DNA of 64,000 nucleotides from an uncultured archaeon (GCA_963729635.1 CAVSOP010000009.1:136070-200069), one strand, 5' to 3'; positions 19,749 to 29,089 are shown, counted from the stretch's first letter. Made by a program: numbers and translations. Notes: generated by a model from the letters alone, not told the origin.

Positions 19749-20195
19749 TTACTGGAACTTTGGCCCCAACTGCTCCAAGAGATCCTTGTTGCCATCGAAA
19801 TAATCCCTGGCCCTTTTCAGCTTGTTTATCAGGTAGTCCGCCACATACGACTTGAGGTCAGCAGGGTGCAGTTTCTTCTCCTCGAAGAGCTTCCTCAACT
19901 CCTCCACAGAAGATATCTCGATATCGCCGCCGAACTTATTGTCCCTGCTTATGACGATGCTTCCCTCATTAGGCAGTATAAGCAGGTTCGCAATCTCCAC
20001 AATAGGATTGTCTTCCACCACCCCTACAGGGCAATACGCGCCGCGTATGGTTTTCTTTATCTCCTCGATAGAGGCGTTGACCTTTATGTTGCTGCCCTGA
20101 ACAGAGGAGCTCATCTTGACTCCGGGCCCGGCCAGAGAAGGCACGAGCGGCATCATCAGCTCGACCCTCTTCTCATAACCGATCTGGGGCAGGTA
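19749..20195 (-). pseudogene. C-terminal fragment of an archaeal tyrosyl-tRNA synthetase
   Basis: YLPQIGYEKRVELMMPLVPSLAGPGVKMSSS...GAYCP...KFGG...LHPADLK. No HIGH half; in-frame TAG immediately upstream. Confidence 0.8.
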
Positions 20196-20697
20196 CTAGG
20201 ATATTCATCCCGTTGATCGACGCCGCGTCCCTGCTCGCTATCGCCGCCGAATCCAGCTTGCCTTCCTCCTTTATCATCTTGACGCTTGCCGCGGTATTAG
20301 AATACAGAGAGGGAGACATTTCGTTCCTACGCAGGAATTCCTTGCACTGGCTGAGGGCCTGCTGGATAGAGTACACCGTCTTGACATCGCGCAGTTCTAC
20401 CCCTGGGTTAGCAATCAGGCAGTGTTCAATCTTCACCACGACCTCGCCGACTATCTTCAGGTTGCTCTTTAGGAGTAGGTCATAGACCTCGTTCACGCTG
20501 CCCTCGGTGGTATTCTCTATCGGGACCACCCCGTAGTCCACCTTCCCGCTCTCGACTGCCTTGAAGACATCGGAAAAATAAGGGAACTTGTTAATCTGGG
20601 GGTCTCCAAACTTCTTGAGTGTCGCAATATACCCGAACGCTCCTGGTTCACCTTGATAGGCTACTTTGATGCTCTTGCAAGACTCGCGATCTTGCAA
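20196..20697 (-). pseudogene. pheA: Prephenate dehydratase, truncated before the TRF motif and ACT domain
   Basis: VAYQGEPGAF, GVVPIENTTEGSV, QALSQC, NTAAS and AAIAS, then an abrupt join to the TyrRS fragment. Confidence 0.8.
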
Positions 20698-20972
20698 CTT
20701 ATTCCTGTAAATTGCACCACCATATACCTTGTCAATCCCAGAAGTTTATATTACTTGTGTATGAGAATGACTAAATTCGTCATTTGACTAATTTACAGAT
20801 TGTAGTATTTCTGAAGCGAGAACAATATTGCAGAATGCGTTCGGTCGGTTTTAACGTTAACACTCATATATGTCAGACTGTCAGTAGATAACATGGCATC
20901 CCAACTCCGATCAAAGGCGAGTGGCGAGGACATGTGCGAACTGAAGGGTACTTTCGACTCAACAATGTAATG

Positions 20973-21074
20973 TTATTTCTTGATGTCCACCCTGATTCTC
21001 GTTTCCGGGACGGCCATGGCGCCCTCTCCCTGCGTTATCTTCTTTATGTTCATCGCCCCCATCACGTCTTTCTC
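20973..21074 (-). repeat. Orphan diverged copy of the last 102 nt of valS
   Basis: EKDVMGAMNIKKITQGEGAMAVPETRIRVDIKK* versus valS EKDVMGAMNIRKITHGEGNLAVPETGILVNIIK*. Manual count: 83/102 nt and 25/33 aa identical. Confidence 0.9.
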
Positions 21075-21082
21075 GCTTCAGG

Positions 21083-21769
21083 TCAGGACCGCGACGCCCA
21101 CCGCGTGAGCAACTCCTTCGCCTCATCCCAGTTGATCCTCTTCTGGACGGGTATGTACGAGTTCGCGGTCTTCGGGATCCGCATGGCCCCGAGAGCGACG
21201 CCCATCGCCTTTCCGTCCGCGATCCGGAACTCCTTCGGGTATAGCCTCGCCATCCAGTACAGATCGTAGAGGTCCTTCCACTCCCTCCTTCCCTCCAGCG
21301 CGCGCTCCTTCTGGGCATTCAGTTCCCCGAAGCCGTACATCGTCACCCTCTTGGACAGCGGGAGGAAATCGGAGGCCACGCTCCGCCTCTCTGCCTTCCC
21401 CCCGGTACCGAAGGAGAGGTCCAACTTGACGACGTCCGCGACGCCTGCGTACTCGTACTTCAGGAGGAAGCCTATCGCGCTCCTAGTGAAGAACTCCCTC
21501 TTTATGCTCCATCCGAGGCTGCGCACCATCCGCGTCGCCTCCTTCCTGCCCATCAGGGTGTCATAGTCGAGGTCCTCGGAGAACCTCTGGTGTCCTTGGA
21601 GGTAGCCCTTGTTTATCGCAGTCCCTCCCTTGAGGACGAGGTCTTGTTCCGCCAGGACGTCCATCAGCTCGAAGAGGAACGCGTCCTTCACCACGAATTG
21701 GAATCCCAACCCTGCCTTTGCCGCGTAGGCCCTCAGCTCCTCCTCCCCGAACGCTATTGTCGCCACCAT
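21083..21769 (-). CDS. AbiEii/AbiGii nucleotidyltransferase toxin (type IV TA)
   Basis: VLKGGTAINKGY, RFSEDLDY, K...R...KDLYDL motifs. Start at MVATIAF. Confidence 0.9.
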   Translation of the reverse strand: MVATIAFGEEELRAYAAKAGLGFQFVVKDAFLFELMDVLAEQDLVLKGGTAINKGYLQGHQRFSEDLDYDTLMGRKEATRMVRSLGWSIKREFFTRSAIGFLLKYEYAGVADVVKLDLSFGTGGKAERRSVASDFLPLSKRVTMYGFGELNAQKERALEGRREWKDLYDLYWMARLYPKEFRIADGKAMGVALGAMRIPKTANSYIPVQKRINWDEAKELLTRWASRS

Positions 21770-22476
21770 GATAGAAGCACCTCCTTTCCCACGTTGTCCA
21801 CAATCTTCCACTCCGCGATGTACTTCCCCCCTGCCCTTCCGACGAGGTGCGCGTTGCCCCCCGCCTTGCCCCTGCAGAACCTCATGAGGCGCTCCTTCTC
21901 CTTGTCGCGCCGGGGGAGGAGGGAGAGCATATAGCCGAGCCTCTGGTAGAAGGCTCCCGTCTCGCCGCTGCAGATGTCCAGGAACTTCCCCGCGCTTATG
22001 CCGGCATCGAAGAGGGCTTTTTCCACCTTCGGGTAACCGACTAGGTCTCCGTGGCGGATCGAATCGCAGATCGCCTTCTCCACCGAGGCTGCCCGGTATC
22101 CGCCCTCTGTGTCCTCCACGCCCCTGTAATCGTGCGCCTTGAAATAGCGGAACTCGTAGCCGCCCATCTTTACCGCCCCGCGCACGTCCGAGGCCACGAA
22201 GACGGTGAACGGATACTCGTCCACCAGGTGGTGAAGGTACAGGGCCGAGGACAGCGAGACGTAGCCGGGATGGAGCGCGGTGGCGACCCAGAGCGGGTCC
22301 GCGCTCTTCGAGACGTAGATGCCTCTGACTGGGCCGTAGATCCTTCCTGCCCTGACGAGGTTGCTGAGAGTGACTCTGAGGGAATTGTCGGAGGTCCCAG
22401 CGACGCTCCGCAGGCTCCGGAAGTCGGTGAGCTTCGCAGCGTCCACATACTCCAGGAGCCTTGTTGCCAATTTCAT
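21754..22476 (-). CDS. AbiEi-like antitoxin / transcriptional regulator
   Basis: N-terminal wHTH (RGIY), GYVSLSSALYLHHL and ASVEKAICD. Overlaps the toxin gene. Confidence 0.85.
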   Translation of the reverse strand: MKLATRLLEYVDAAKLTDFRSLRSVAGTSDNSLRVTLSNLVRAGRIYGPVRGIYVSKSADPLWVATALHPGYVSLSSALYLHHLVDEYPFTVFVASDVRGAVKMGGYEFRYFKAHDYRGVEDTEGGYRAASVEKAICDSIRHGDLVGYPKVEKALFDAGISAGKFLDICSGETGAFYQRLGYMLSLLPRRDKEKERLMRFCRGKAGGNAHLVGRAGGKYIAEWKIVDNVGKEVLLSWWRQ

Positions 22477-22580
22477 GGTTAATTAATGAAACGTTAATAT
22501 TTAAATATTTTTGCAACAACGGACGCGAGCGGTGCGGATCCGTCTCCTTCTGGGGAGAGGCAATGGAGCCGTATTTCAAA

Positions 22581-24941
22581 CTATTTTATTATGTTCACTA
22601 GAATTCCAGTCTCCGGGACGGCCAAGTTGCCCTCCCCGTGCGTTATCTTCCTTATGTTCATCGCTCCCATCACGTCTTTCTCCGCCTCTCCGAGATCAAC
22701 GTTCACCACTATCTCCTGAAGCTCGGCGTTCAGCGCCATCGCGTTGTCGTGCTTCCACTTCCTTATGAAAAGTATCAGCTTGACGGCGTCCTCGGCCCTC
22801 TTGAATTTCTCCTCGTCGAACTCGTTACCTACCGGCCACGCGCTCAGATGAATCGATTTTGCGTTCGCGTCGTTAACCCTGCCCTCGAAGACGTTCTTGT
22901 AGATCTCCTCCGTTGCGAACGGCATGAACGGGGCGAACATCTTCAGTATCGAGAACATCGTATTGTTGACTGTGGGATTCGCACTCGCATCCTTGTTGTA
23001 GACCCTGTACTTGATGAATTCCAGGTAGTCGTTGGCGAAGGACCAGAACAGCTCCTCCGCAGCGACCCTCGCCTTGAAGTAGTCGTATCGCTCGAAGCTC
23101 TCGGTCGCCTTCTGCACTGCTGCGGAGAGCCTGCAGGATATCCAGTAGTCCATGGGATTCTCGCTCTTCGCCTCCGACTTGTCGGAGCAGGTCATGCTTA
23201 TGAACCTGGCGACGTTCCACATCTTGTTTATGGTGCGCGCGCCGGTCACTATCTCCTTCTCCTGGAAGGAGCAGTCCTCCCCGAGCGATGACGACGCGGC
23301 CCAATACCTCACCGCGTCGGCCCCGTACTTCTCCACATAGGGCATCGGAGCGACCACGTTGCCGGCCGACTTGTGCATCGGTTTGCTCTTCGAGTCCAGC
23401 CCCTGCCCTGAGACCATTATCTCGCTCCATGGTATGGTGCCCTTGTGTAGGTAAGCCTTGACTATCGTGGTGAACGTCCAGAAGGAGATTATGTCGTTCG
23501 CCTGGACCCGCAGGCTCATCGGGAAGATCAGGTCCATGTACTTCCCGTCGAGGCCCCACCGGGCGTTTATCAGCGGCGTGAGCGATGAAGTGGCCCACGT
23601 ATCGAATATGTCCGTCTCGGGGTCGAACTCCTTGCCGCCGCACTTCGTGCAGGCGCCCCCCGGCTTGTTGATCAGGGGGTCCACCGGGAGGTCTTCCTCC
23701 CGGGCGAACTTGGGCTCGCCGCACTTCTTGCAGTACCAGACCGGGAAAGGTATCCCGAAGTACCTCTGCCTGGATATGCTCCAATCCCACTTCAGGCCGT
23801 TGACCCAGTTCTCGTACCTTACTATCATGAACTCCGGGTGCCACTTCACCTGGCGGCCCAGCTCTATGAACTTCCCCTTGAGGTCGAGGTACCTTATGTA
23901 CCACTGCTTCTTGACTATGAGCTCTATCTCGGTCTTGCAGCGCTCGTGCACGTTGACGCTGTGCTCGATGTCCTCCTCCTTGATGACGTAGCCCCCTTCC
24001 TTGAGCGCCGCGATCACCTTCTCCCTGGCATCGGGTATCTTCATGCCCTTGAAGAATTTGTGCGTCATCCTGCCGCCCTCGTCCAGTATCATCCTGAGCG
24101 GAAGGTCGTACTGCTTGTACCATTCCATGTCCGTCTGGTCCCCGAAGGTGCAGCACATGACCACGCCCGTCCCGAAGGCCGGGTCGACCTTCGCGTCGCC
24201 TATGACCTCCACTTCCTGCCCGAAGATAGGGACCTTCACCTTCCTGCCTATGAGGTGCATGTGCTTTCCATCGGTCGGATTAACGAATATGGCCACGCAG
24301 GCCGGCAGGAACTCCGCCCTAGTCGTGGCGATCTCGATGTCGTCCGAGAACCTGACGTAGACCAGCTTGGACTTGACGCTCCTGTCTTCGAGCTCCATCT
24401 GGGAGACTGTGGTCTTGCACTTGGGGCAGTACAGCACAGGGGCCTCCTTCCTGTACGTCCTGTCCATCTTGCAGAGCTCCAGGAAGGACTTCTGGGATAT
24501 CTTCTGCACCTCCGGCGATATCGTCTCGTAGAGCAGGCTCCAGTCGGCGGAGACGCCCATGCTCTTGAAGACCTGGATGTAGTTGGCAACGTACGAGCGG
24601 ATCTCCTTCTGCACCAGGGCCACGAACTTCTCCCGGCCGAGGTGCTCGGCCGTGGTGTTGAACTTCTTCTCAATCAGAAGCTCCGTAGGCAGGCCGTTGT
24701 CGTCCAGTCCGAACGGGTAGAAGACGTCGAATCCCCTCATGCGCTTGTACCTAGCTATGAATTCGGCCTGAGAATAGGACATGACGTGACCTAGGTGGAT
24801 CTCCCCAGAGATGGTCGGCGGGGGCGTGTCCATGGAGAAGACCTTGTCGCGATCATTGCCGCGGAACTTGTATATCTCGTCCTTGGCCCAGAAATCTGCG
24901 ATCTTGCCTTCGACCAGCTTGTGGTCGTACTTGCTTTCCAT
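22581..24941 (-). CDS. valS: Valine-tRNA ligase
   Basis: DTPPPTISGEIHLGH, GTGVVMCCTFGD, DWSISRQRYFG and PMHKS (KMSKS equivalent); archaeal ValRS layout. Confidence 0.93.
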   Translation of the reverse strand: MESKYDHKLVEGKIADFWAKDEIYKFRGNDRDKVFSMDTPPPTISGEIHLGHVMSYSQAEFIARYKRMRGFDVFYPFGLDDNGLPTELLIEKKFNTTAEHLGREKFVALVQKEIRSYVANYIQVFKSMGVSADWSLLYETISPEVQKISQKSFLELCKMDRTYRKEAPVLYCPKCKTTVSQMELEDRSVKSKLVYVRFSDDIEIATTRAEFLPACVAIFVNPTDGKHMHLIGRKVKVPIFGQEVEVIGDAKVDPAFGTGVVMCCTFGDQTDMEWYKQYDLPLRMILDEGGRMTHKFFKGMKIPDAREKVIAALKEGGYVIKEEDIEHSVNVHERCKTEIELIVKKQWYIRYLDLKGKFIELGRQVKWHPEFMIVRYENWVNGLKWDWSISRQRYFGIPFPVWYCKKCGEPKFAREEDLPVDPLINKPGGACTKCGGKEFDPETDIFDTWATSSLTPLINARWGLDGKYMDLIFPMSLRVQANDIISFWTFTTIVKAYLHKGTIPWSEIMVSGQGLDSKSKPMHKSAGNVVAPMPYVEKYGADAVRYWAASSSLGEDCSFQEKEIVTGARTINKMWNVARFISMTCSDKSEAKSENPMDYWISCRLSAAVQKATESFERYDYFKARVAAEELFWSFANDYLEFIKYRVYNKDASANPTVNNTMFSILKMFAPFMPFATEEIYKNVFEGRVNDANAKSIHLSAWPVGNEFDEEKFKRAEDAVKLILFIRKWKHDNAMALNAELQEIVVNVDLGEAEKDVMGAMNIRKITHGEGNLAVPETGILVNIIK

Positions 24942-25235
24942 CTGCTATACCTATGGTTAGGCATCGCTTCTAAGCAATAAAAGGCTTTCCGGGTGCACCT
25001 GAAGGTTGCTTGAAATCACATTCACCCAGCAACGACGCGCCCGAGTGTGTTAACGTCCAAAATTCAATTCATAATATGAGAAATTGTATAAAAATTCCTA
25101 TTACGATATGAAGTAATGTGTAAAAATAGACAGAATCGACCTCGCTGCGCGTTTCGCTGAACCGGATGCCTTCTAAGAAACATTACCTAAGTTATGATGT
25201 GATATGAACTTCGGTAACGCAAGCAGATACCCGAT

Positions 25236-25439
25236 AACGCTGGTTATGGAATAATATAACTAAGGGATTTCAATTGATTTGCGCTTAATTTAGATAGGAC
25301 GCCATATCTGGCTTTCTAATACTCTGAAGATTTTTCGTAGTCTAGACGAGAATCGTACCGATCCTTCCTGCGAAGTCAATTCCATGCAAAGGCATAAATA
25401 AACGCCGGTTATAGAATAATATAACTAAGGGATTTCAAT
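25236..25439 (+). repeat. Direct repeat (25236-25274 / 25401-25439) of the AbiEii promoter/start region, containing the palindrome GTTATA-N6-TATAAC
   Basis: AACGCyGGTTATrGAATAATATAACTAAGGGATTTCAAT occurs twice with 2 mismatches in 39 nt. Confidence 0.85.
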
Positions 25440-26085
25440 GGAATTGCCACTTACGAACATCCTCAAGAGGAGGAGCGAGCTCGACACCGCGAAACTGGAG
25501 GACGACGTGGTGGACGCGATGTTCAGCGCCACTGGAAAAATAGCCCTGCACGGAGGCACTGCGGTGTGGCGCTGCTACGGAGGCAAGCGCTTCTCTAAGG
25601 ACATCGACATCTACCTCTGGGACAGGGACTTCAAGGAGATCTTCTTCGATGCTATGGGGAAGGCGGGTATAGAAGTCACGAAGTACAGGGAGAAGGGGGT
25701 TACGTTCATACACGTCAGAAAGGGGAGCACGGAGATCAAGGTCGAGCCAAGAAGTGTGGAAAAGGAGGCCATACTAGTCCCGTACGAGCGCATAGACGGC
25801 ACCAGGAGGAACATACTCGCGCTCTCGCCGGAGGACATCGTGCTCGAGAAGATAGAGGCGTACTGGGACAGGAGGGCGTACAAGGACCTCTACGACATAA
25901 CCGTGCTGCTGAACGCGGTAAAATATCCCGCGAGGGTGAAGGCGCACCTGCGGAAGTTCGCGAGGGACGCGCCGCATCCCGACGAGGGTTTCCAGACCCA
26001 CGCGGAACTGAAGGCACTCATATATTCAGGGGCGGTGCCGGCGTTCGGGGCCATGGTCGAGATGATAGCGAGGTGGGCCGTATGA
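25438..26085 (+). CDS. AbiEii/AbiGii nucleotidyltransferase toxin
   Basis: ALHGGTAVWRCYGGKRFSKDIDIY and EKIEAYWDRRAYKDLYDI. Confidence 0.9.
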   Translation: MELPLTNILKRRSELDTAKLEDDVVDAMFSATGKIALHGGTAVWRCYGGKRFSKDIDIYLWDRDFKEIFFDAMGKAGIEVTKYREKGVTFIHVRKGSTEIKVEPRSVEKEAILVPYERIDGTRRNILALSPEDIVLEKIEAYWDRRAYKDLYDITVLLNAVKYPARVKAHLRKFARDAPHPDEGFQTHAELKALIYSGAVPAFGAMVEMIARWAV

Positions 26086-26726
26086 AATACGTAGACCGGT
26101 TCCTGGAGTACTTCAAAGGGTTCCCGATTTTCACCTCCGGCGACGTGAGGCTGTTCCTGGACAGGAGCGGCGCGGGGAAGGGATACTACAAGGTGTTCAT
26201 GCACAACCTTGTGGGCAGCTGGAGGGCGTTCCAGATAAAGAGGGGCTACTACACCCTGCACGACGACCCGATGGCGGCGGGCTTCGCCTTCGCGCCCTTC
26301 TATTACGGCATGGAGACCGCCCTGACCCACTACGACCTGTGGGACTACGTGACCCCCATCAGCATAATCACGGCCAGGAGCGTAAGGAGCGGGACCAGGA
26401 GCGTGTTCGGAAGGAACGTGACCGTCAGGAGGATACCCAAGGAGATGCTCTTCGGCTACTCCCTGGTCAAGTACGAGGACCTGTTCTACATACCCATGGC
26501 AGACATGGAGAAGACGCTCATAGACTCGGTGTACTTCCGCTCGCCCTTCGGCGGAGAGGTGTACGGGAGGATGCTTGATAGGGTGGACATGGGGAAGCTC
26601 AGGAAGTATCTCGATCGCTGCCCTGGGAAGGTCAGGGCGGGGGTGGATGCACTGATAGGCAGGTACGGGAGCGCATCGCTGTCCGTTAAGGCCAAAACGG
26701 CCAAAGTCATGGAAAACGCGCATTAG
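26082..26726 (+). CDS. AbiEi-like antitoxin
   Basis: IKRGYY, PFYYGMETALTHYDL, FGY and MADMEKTLIDSVY. ATGA coupling with the toxin gene. Confidence 0.85.
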   Translation: MKYVDRFLEYFKGFPIFTSGDVRLFLDRSGAGKGYYKVFMHNLVGSWRAFQIKRGYYTLHDDPMAAGFAFAPFYYGMETALTHYDLWDYVTPISIITARSVRSGTRSVFGRNVTVRRIPKEMLFGYSLVKYEDLFYIPMADMEKTLIDSVYFRSPFGGEVYGRMLDRVDMGKLRKYLDRCPGKVRAGVDALIGRYGSASLSVKAKTAKVMENAH

Positions 26727-26786
26727 AAGCAACATAATGCACGAAAATAGGGACTTTCGGGCGTTACAGTGCCTTACTCTAGCATC

Positions 26787-26879
26787 CTCCACTAGCTCAG
26801 CCGTCTTCCTCACGTTCCCGATCCTGGGAAATATGAACTTCAGGGTGTGGTCGTGCTACTCCTTTGACATGGCAGTGAG
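26787..26879 (-). pseudogene. Remnant 3' end of an isochorismatase-family hydrolase (copy B)
   Basis: LTAMSKE*HDHTLKFIFPRIGNVRKTAELVE; has an internal stop and no head. Confidence 0.55.
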
Positions 26880-26892
26880 GTATCCGGACTCT

Positions 26893-28139
26893 TCAGCTTC
26901 TCTTTCCTGACCATGTGCCCGTGAGCGACCAGGTGACCGCACCGCCAAGGGAGTCTACCTCGTTGCAGTTCATGTTGTAGGTCCCGCTGACAGAGGTCGC
27001 GCCGGGGAAATTGCCGTTGGCCTTGCCAGTCGCAGAACCCAGGCATTGTGCGTTCGAGCCGGCCACGGTGCCGAAGCCTGTGAAATCCCACGTATCGCCG
27101 GGGCTGTTGTGGAATATGTTGCCTCCGATGTTGAGAGGGTAGGTGTTGCCGTCAGGCGCGCTTATCACCCATCCAGAGGTGCCTGTCAGGTCGAACGGGC
27201 CGCTGTTGGTGAACGGCTGCACCACGACCGTCGAGATGCCTGAGTCGAACGAGTACCAGTCCACTGCGCCGGGATCGTCTGTCGTGATCGCGCCTGAGTC
27301 GAACGAGAGCTTCCAGACCTGGGCTCCCGAGGACTTGCTTGGCGAAGGACCCGCCGCTGTAGGGTTCGGAGGGGGAATCGCAGGGCCCTTGGACGAGGCC
27401 GCCGCGCCGGAGGAGCTGGACGCGCCCGTCGCTGCGCCGGAGGCCGATTGGGATTCCGGTGCGCCGTTGCCGAACTCTATCGGGTCGGTTGCAGTCACCG
27501 TGTCCACGGAGGCGCCAGGATAGTAGAACGCCAGGACATAGCTCCCTGGCAGGAGGTGCACGTCGAAGCTCGCGCTCGCGTTGTAGACGTAGTAATCGTA
27601 GGTGGAGGGAGAGGGCCCGCCCGATTCTGAGAGGTTCGCGAACTGCGCGGAGTGAGCACCGCCATCGCAGTGGCGTTCTGCGAGCTGAACGAGCCGGTCA
27701 GGTTCGCGCCGCCCGCGGCCCGAGGCACCGTGAAATTCTCGGTCCACACCTGCGCGCAGTCGTATCCTGCGCACTGCACTGAAGAGTTCGACAGCCGAAT
27801 CGGGCGCTCTGGGCGAAGAGCGTCTCGGGGGCCAGCTGGTAGGTTGCGGTCGTAGAGTTCGCGCCAGTCGGTGCGACAGACGAGCCTGCGATGATCGCCA
27901 GCACTATGAAAATCGCGAGCACGGCCATGGCCGCCTTGGCCCACATGGGAATGGGATCCTTGCGCGCCGGGGCGGAAATCGGCGACGCCTTACCTGCCCG
28001 TTCTAGCCCCGGAAGGGGACTGGGTGGACTTCCCATCGCCCGCCAGGTCCCCCTTCATCTCCAGGTATTGCTTCCTAGTGATCTCCCCGTTGGCGTACCT
28101 GCGCCTTAGTATCGCAATTCCGTCCTCGTCAGCCGCCAT
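26893..28139 (-). CDS. SHOCT-domain membrane-anchored surface protein (frameshifted in this assembly)
   Basis: Pieces: DGIAILRRRYANGEITRKQYLEMK (SHOCT); TM helix; NFTVP...LTGSFSS...PGSYVLAFYYPG; Ser/Pro linker; IGGNIFHNSPGDTWDF...QCLG...KANGNFP. Paralog of 47061-48429. Confidence 0.7.
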
Positions 28140-28215
28140 GCGTTCAACACGCATACTGAGGAACGAAGGGTTAAGAGCCTTTCCAAGGCGCATCGGACCC
28201 AACGGCCTTGGTATG

Positions 28216-28263
28216 TTATTTCTTCATCTCCAGTATCTCCTCCGTCTTCCTCACGATCCCTAG
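28216..28263 (-). pseudogene. Remnant 3' end of an isochorismatase-family hydrolase (copy A)
   Basis: LGIVRKTEEILEMKK*. 28/33 nt match to copy B over G-x-VRKT-x-E-x-x-E. Begins at a CTAG. Confidence 0.5.
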
Positions 28264-28366
28264 GGTAAGAGTGCAAGAGAAGAAGCTAAGGAGGCCTAGA
28301 AAATCCCCCTCTTAAAACCCTTAAGCGTCTGTCGAGGGCGGTCTTATTGACTGGAAAACGGACGTT

Positions 28367-28579
28367 TTATTTGTTTCTGAATGTTACCACTCTTCCATCA
28401 CTAAACTGAACGGTTTTGCCTCCTCCGCCTCTTCCATTTTCCAATCCTCCTGATAATTTAAGGAGAAGAGCTAGCAAAGCCCCCAAAGGAGCAGATATCA
28501 GTCCGTCTATTACTTCATTAATAATGACATTTTGAAGTTCTATCGCTTGTCCAGTGATTTGGTTAGTTAGTTGAGTCAT
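28367..28579 (-). CDS. Small membrane protein
   Basis: 70 aa with one hydrophobic helix and a Gly-rich tail. Confidence 0.45.
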   Translation of the reverse strand: MTQLTNQITGQAIELQNVIINEVIDGLISAPLGALLALLLKLSGGLENGRGGGGKTVQFSDGRVVTFRNK

Positions 28580-28730
28580 ATTTGTGGTGGGTTTGTATGA
28601 AAGATAATTGAGATAGGAAAGAAGGTCGGGTATTCCTGACTAAAGGCTCTAAGACATTAAGTATTACGAAGATAAAGACAGCCAAAAGTGCAATGAATTC
28701 TTCTCCTTCTCTGGGTATATGCTCACCCAT
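28563..28730 (-). CDS. Small membrane protein
   Basis: MGEHIPREGEEFIALLAVFIFVILNVL; overlaps both neighbours. Confidence 0.35.
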   Translation of the reverse strand: MGEHIPREGEEFIALLAVFIFVILNVLEPLVRNTRPSFLSQLSFIQTHHKYDSTN

Positions 28731-28992
28731 ATCTCCTAACGGCACGCTGTGTCTGCAGCAATACAGCAACTATCATCGAAGTTACTACATCAGTCATAGC
28801 ATATATTACGACGAAATAGATGAGTGCTATGAATCCCGCTGTCGAAGTTGCAATAGAAGAACTTGCAACTGAAGGGAGCAATCCCACTACAGCTGTGATA
28901 GTTTGTGGATCAGGAAGTAGCATTAAGTCTATCAGTACTGATATCGGAATTGAAAGTAGTGACCCTATAGCAACAGCATCCTTAGTTCTCAT
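28723..28992 (-). CDS. Small membrane protein
   Basis: 89 aa, 2-3 hydrophobic segments. Confidence 0.5.
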   Translation of the reverse strand: MRTKDAVAIGSLLSIPISVLIDLMLLPDPQTITAVVGLLPSVASSSIATSTAGFIALIYFVVIYAMTDVVTSMIVAVLLQTQRAVRRYG

Positions 28993-29089
28993 GCAAACAC
29001 TACTCTTTCTCAGGGTATTTATTTATATGTGAGAAAACGAGGGAACGTGTCTAAAAATAGGAACATCTACAAGTGAAAAATGGACGTTT

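Noticed and set aside
20848-25062. Terminal inverted repeats (TTTTAACGTTAACACTC / GAGTGTGTTAACGTCCAAAA) around valS-AbiE
   Set aside because: Short, gapped and AT-rich; chance similarity cannot be excluded and no transposase is present.
26856-26858. In-frame TAG in the isochorismatase remnant as pyrrolysine or readthrough
   Set aside because: The fragment has no head, TAG is used as a normal stop throughout the window, and no pyl genes are present.
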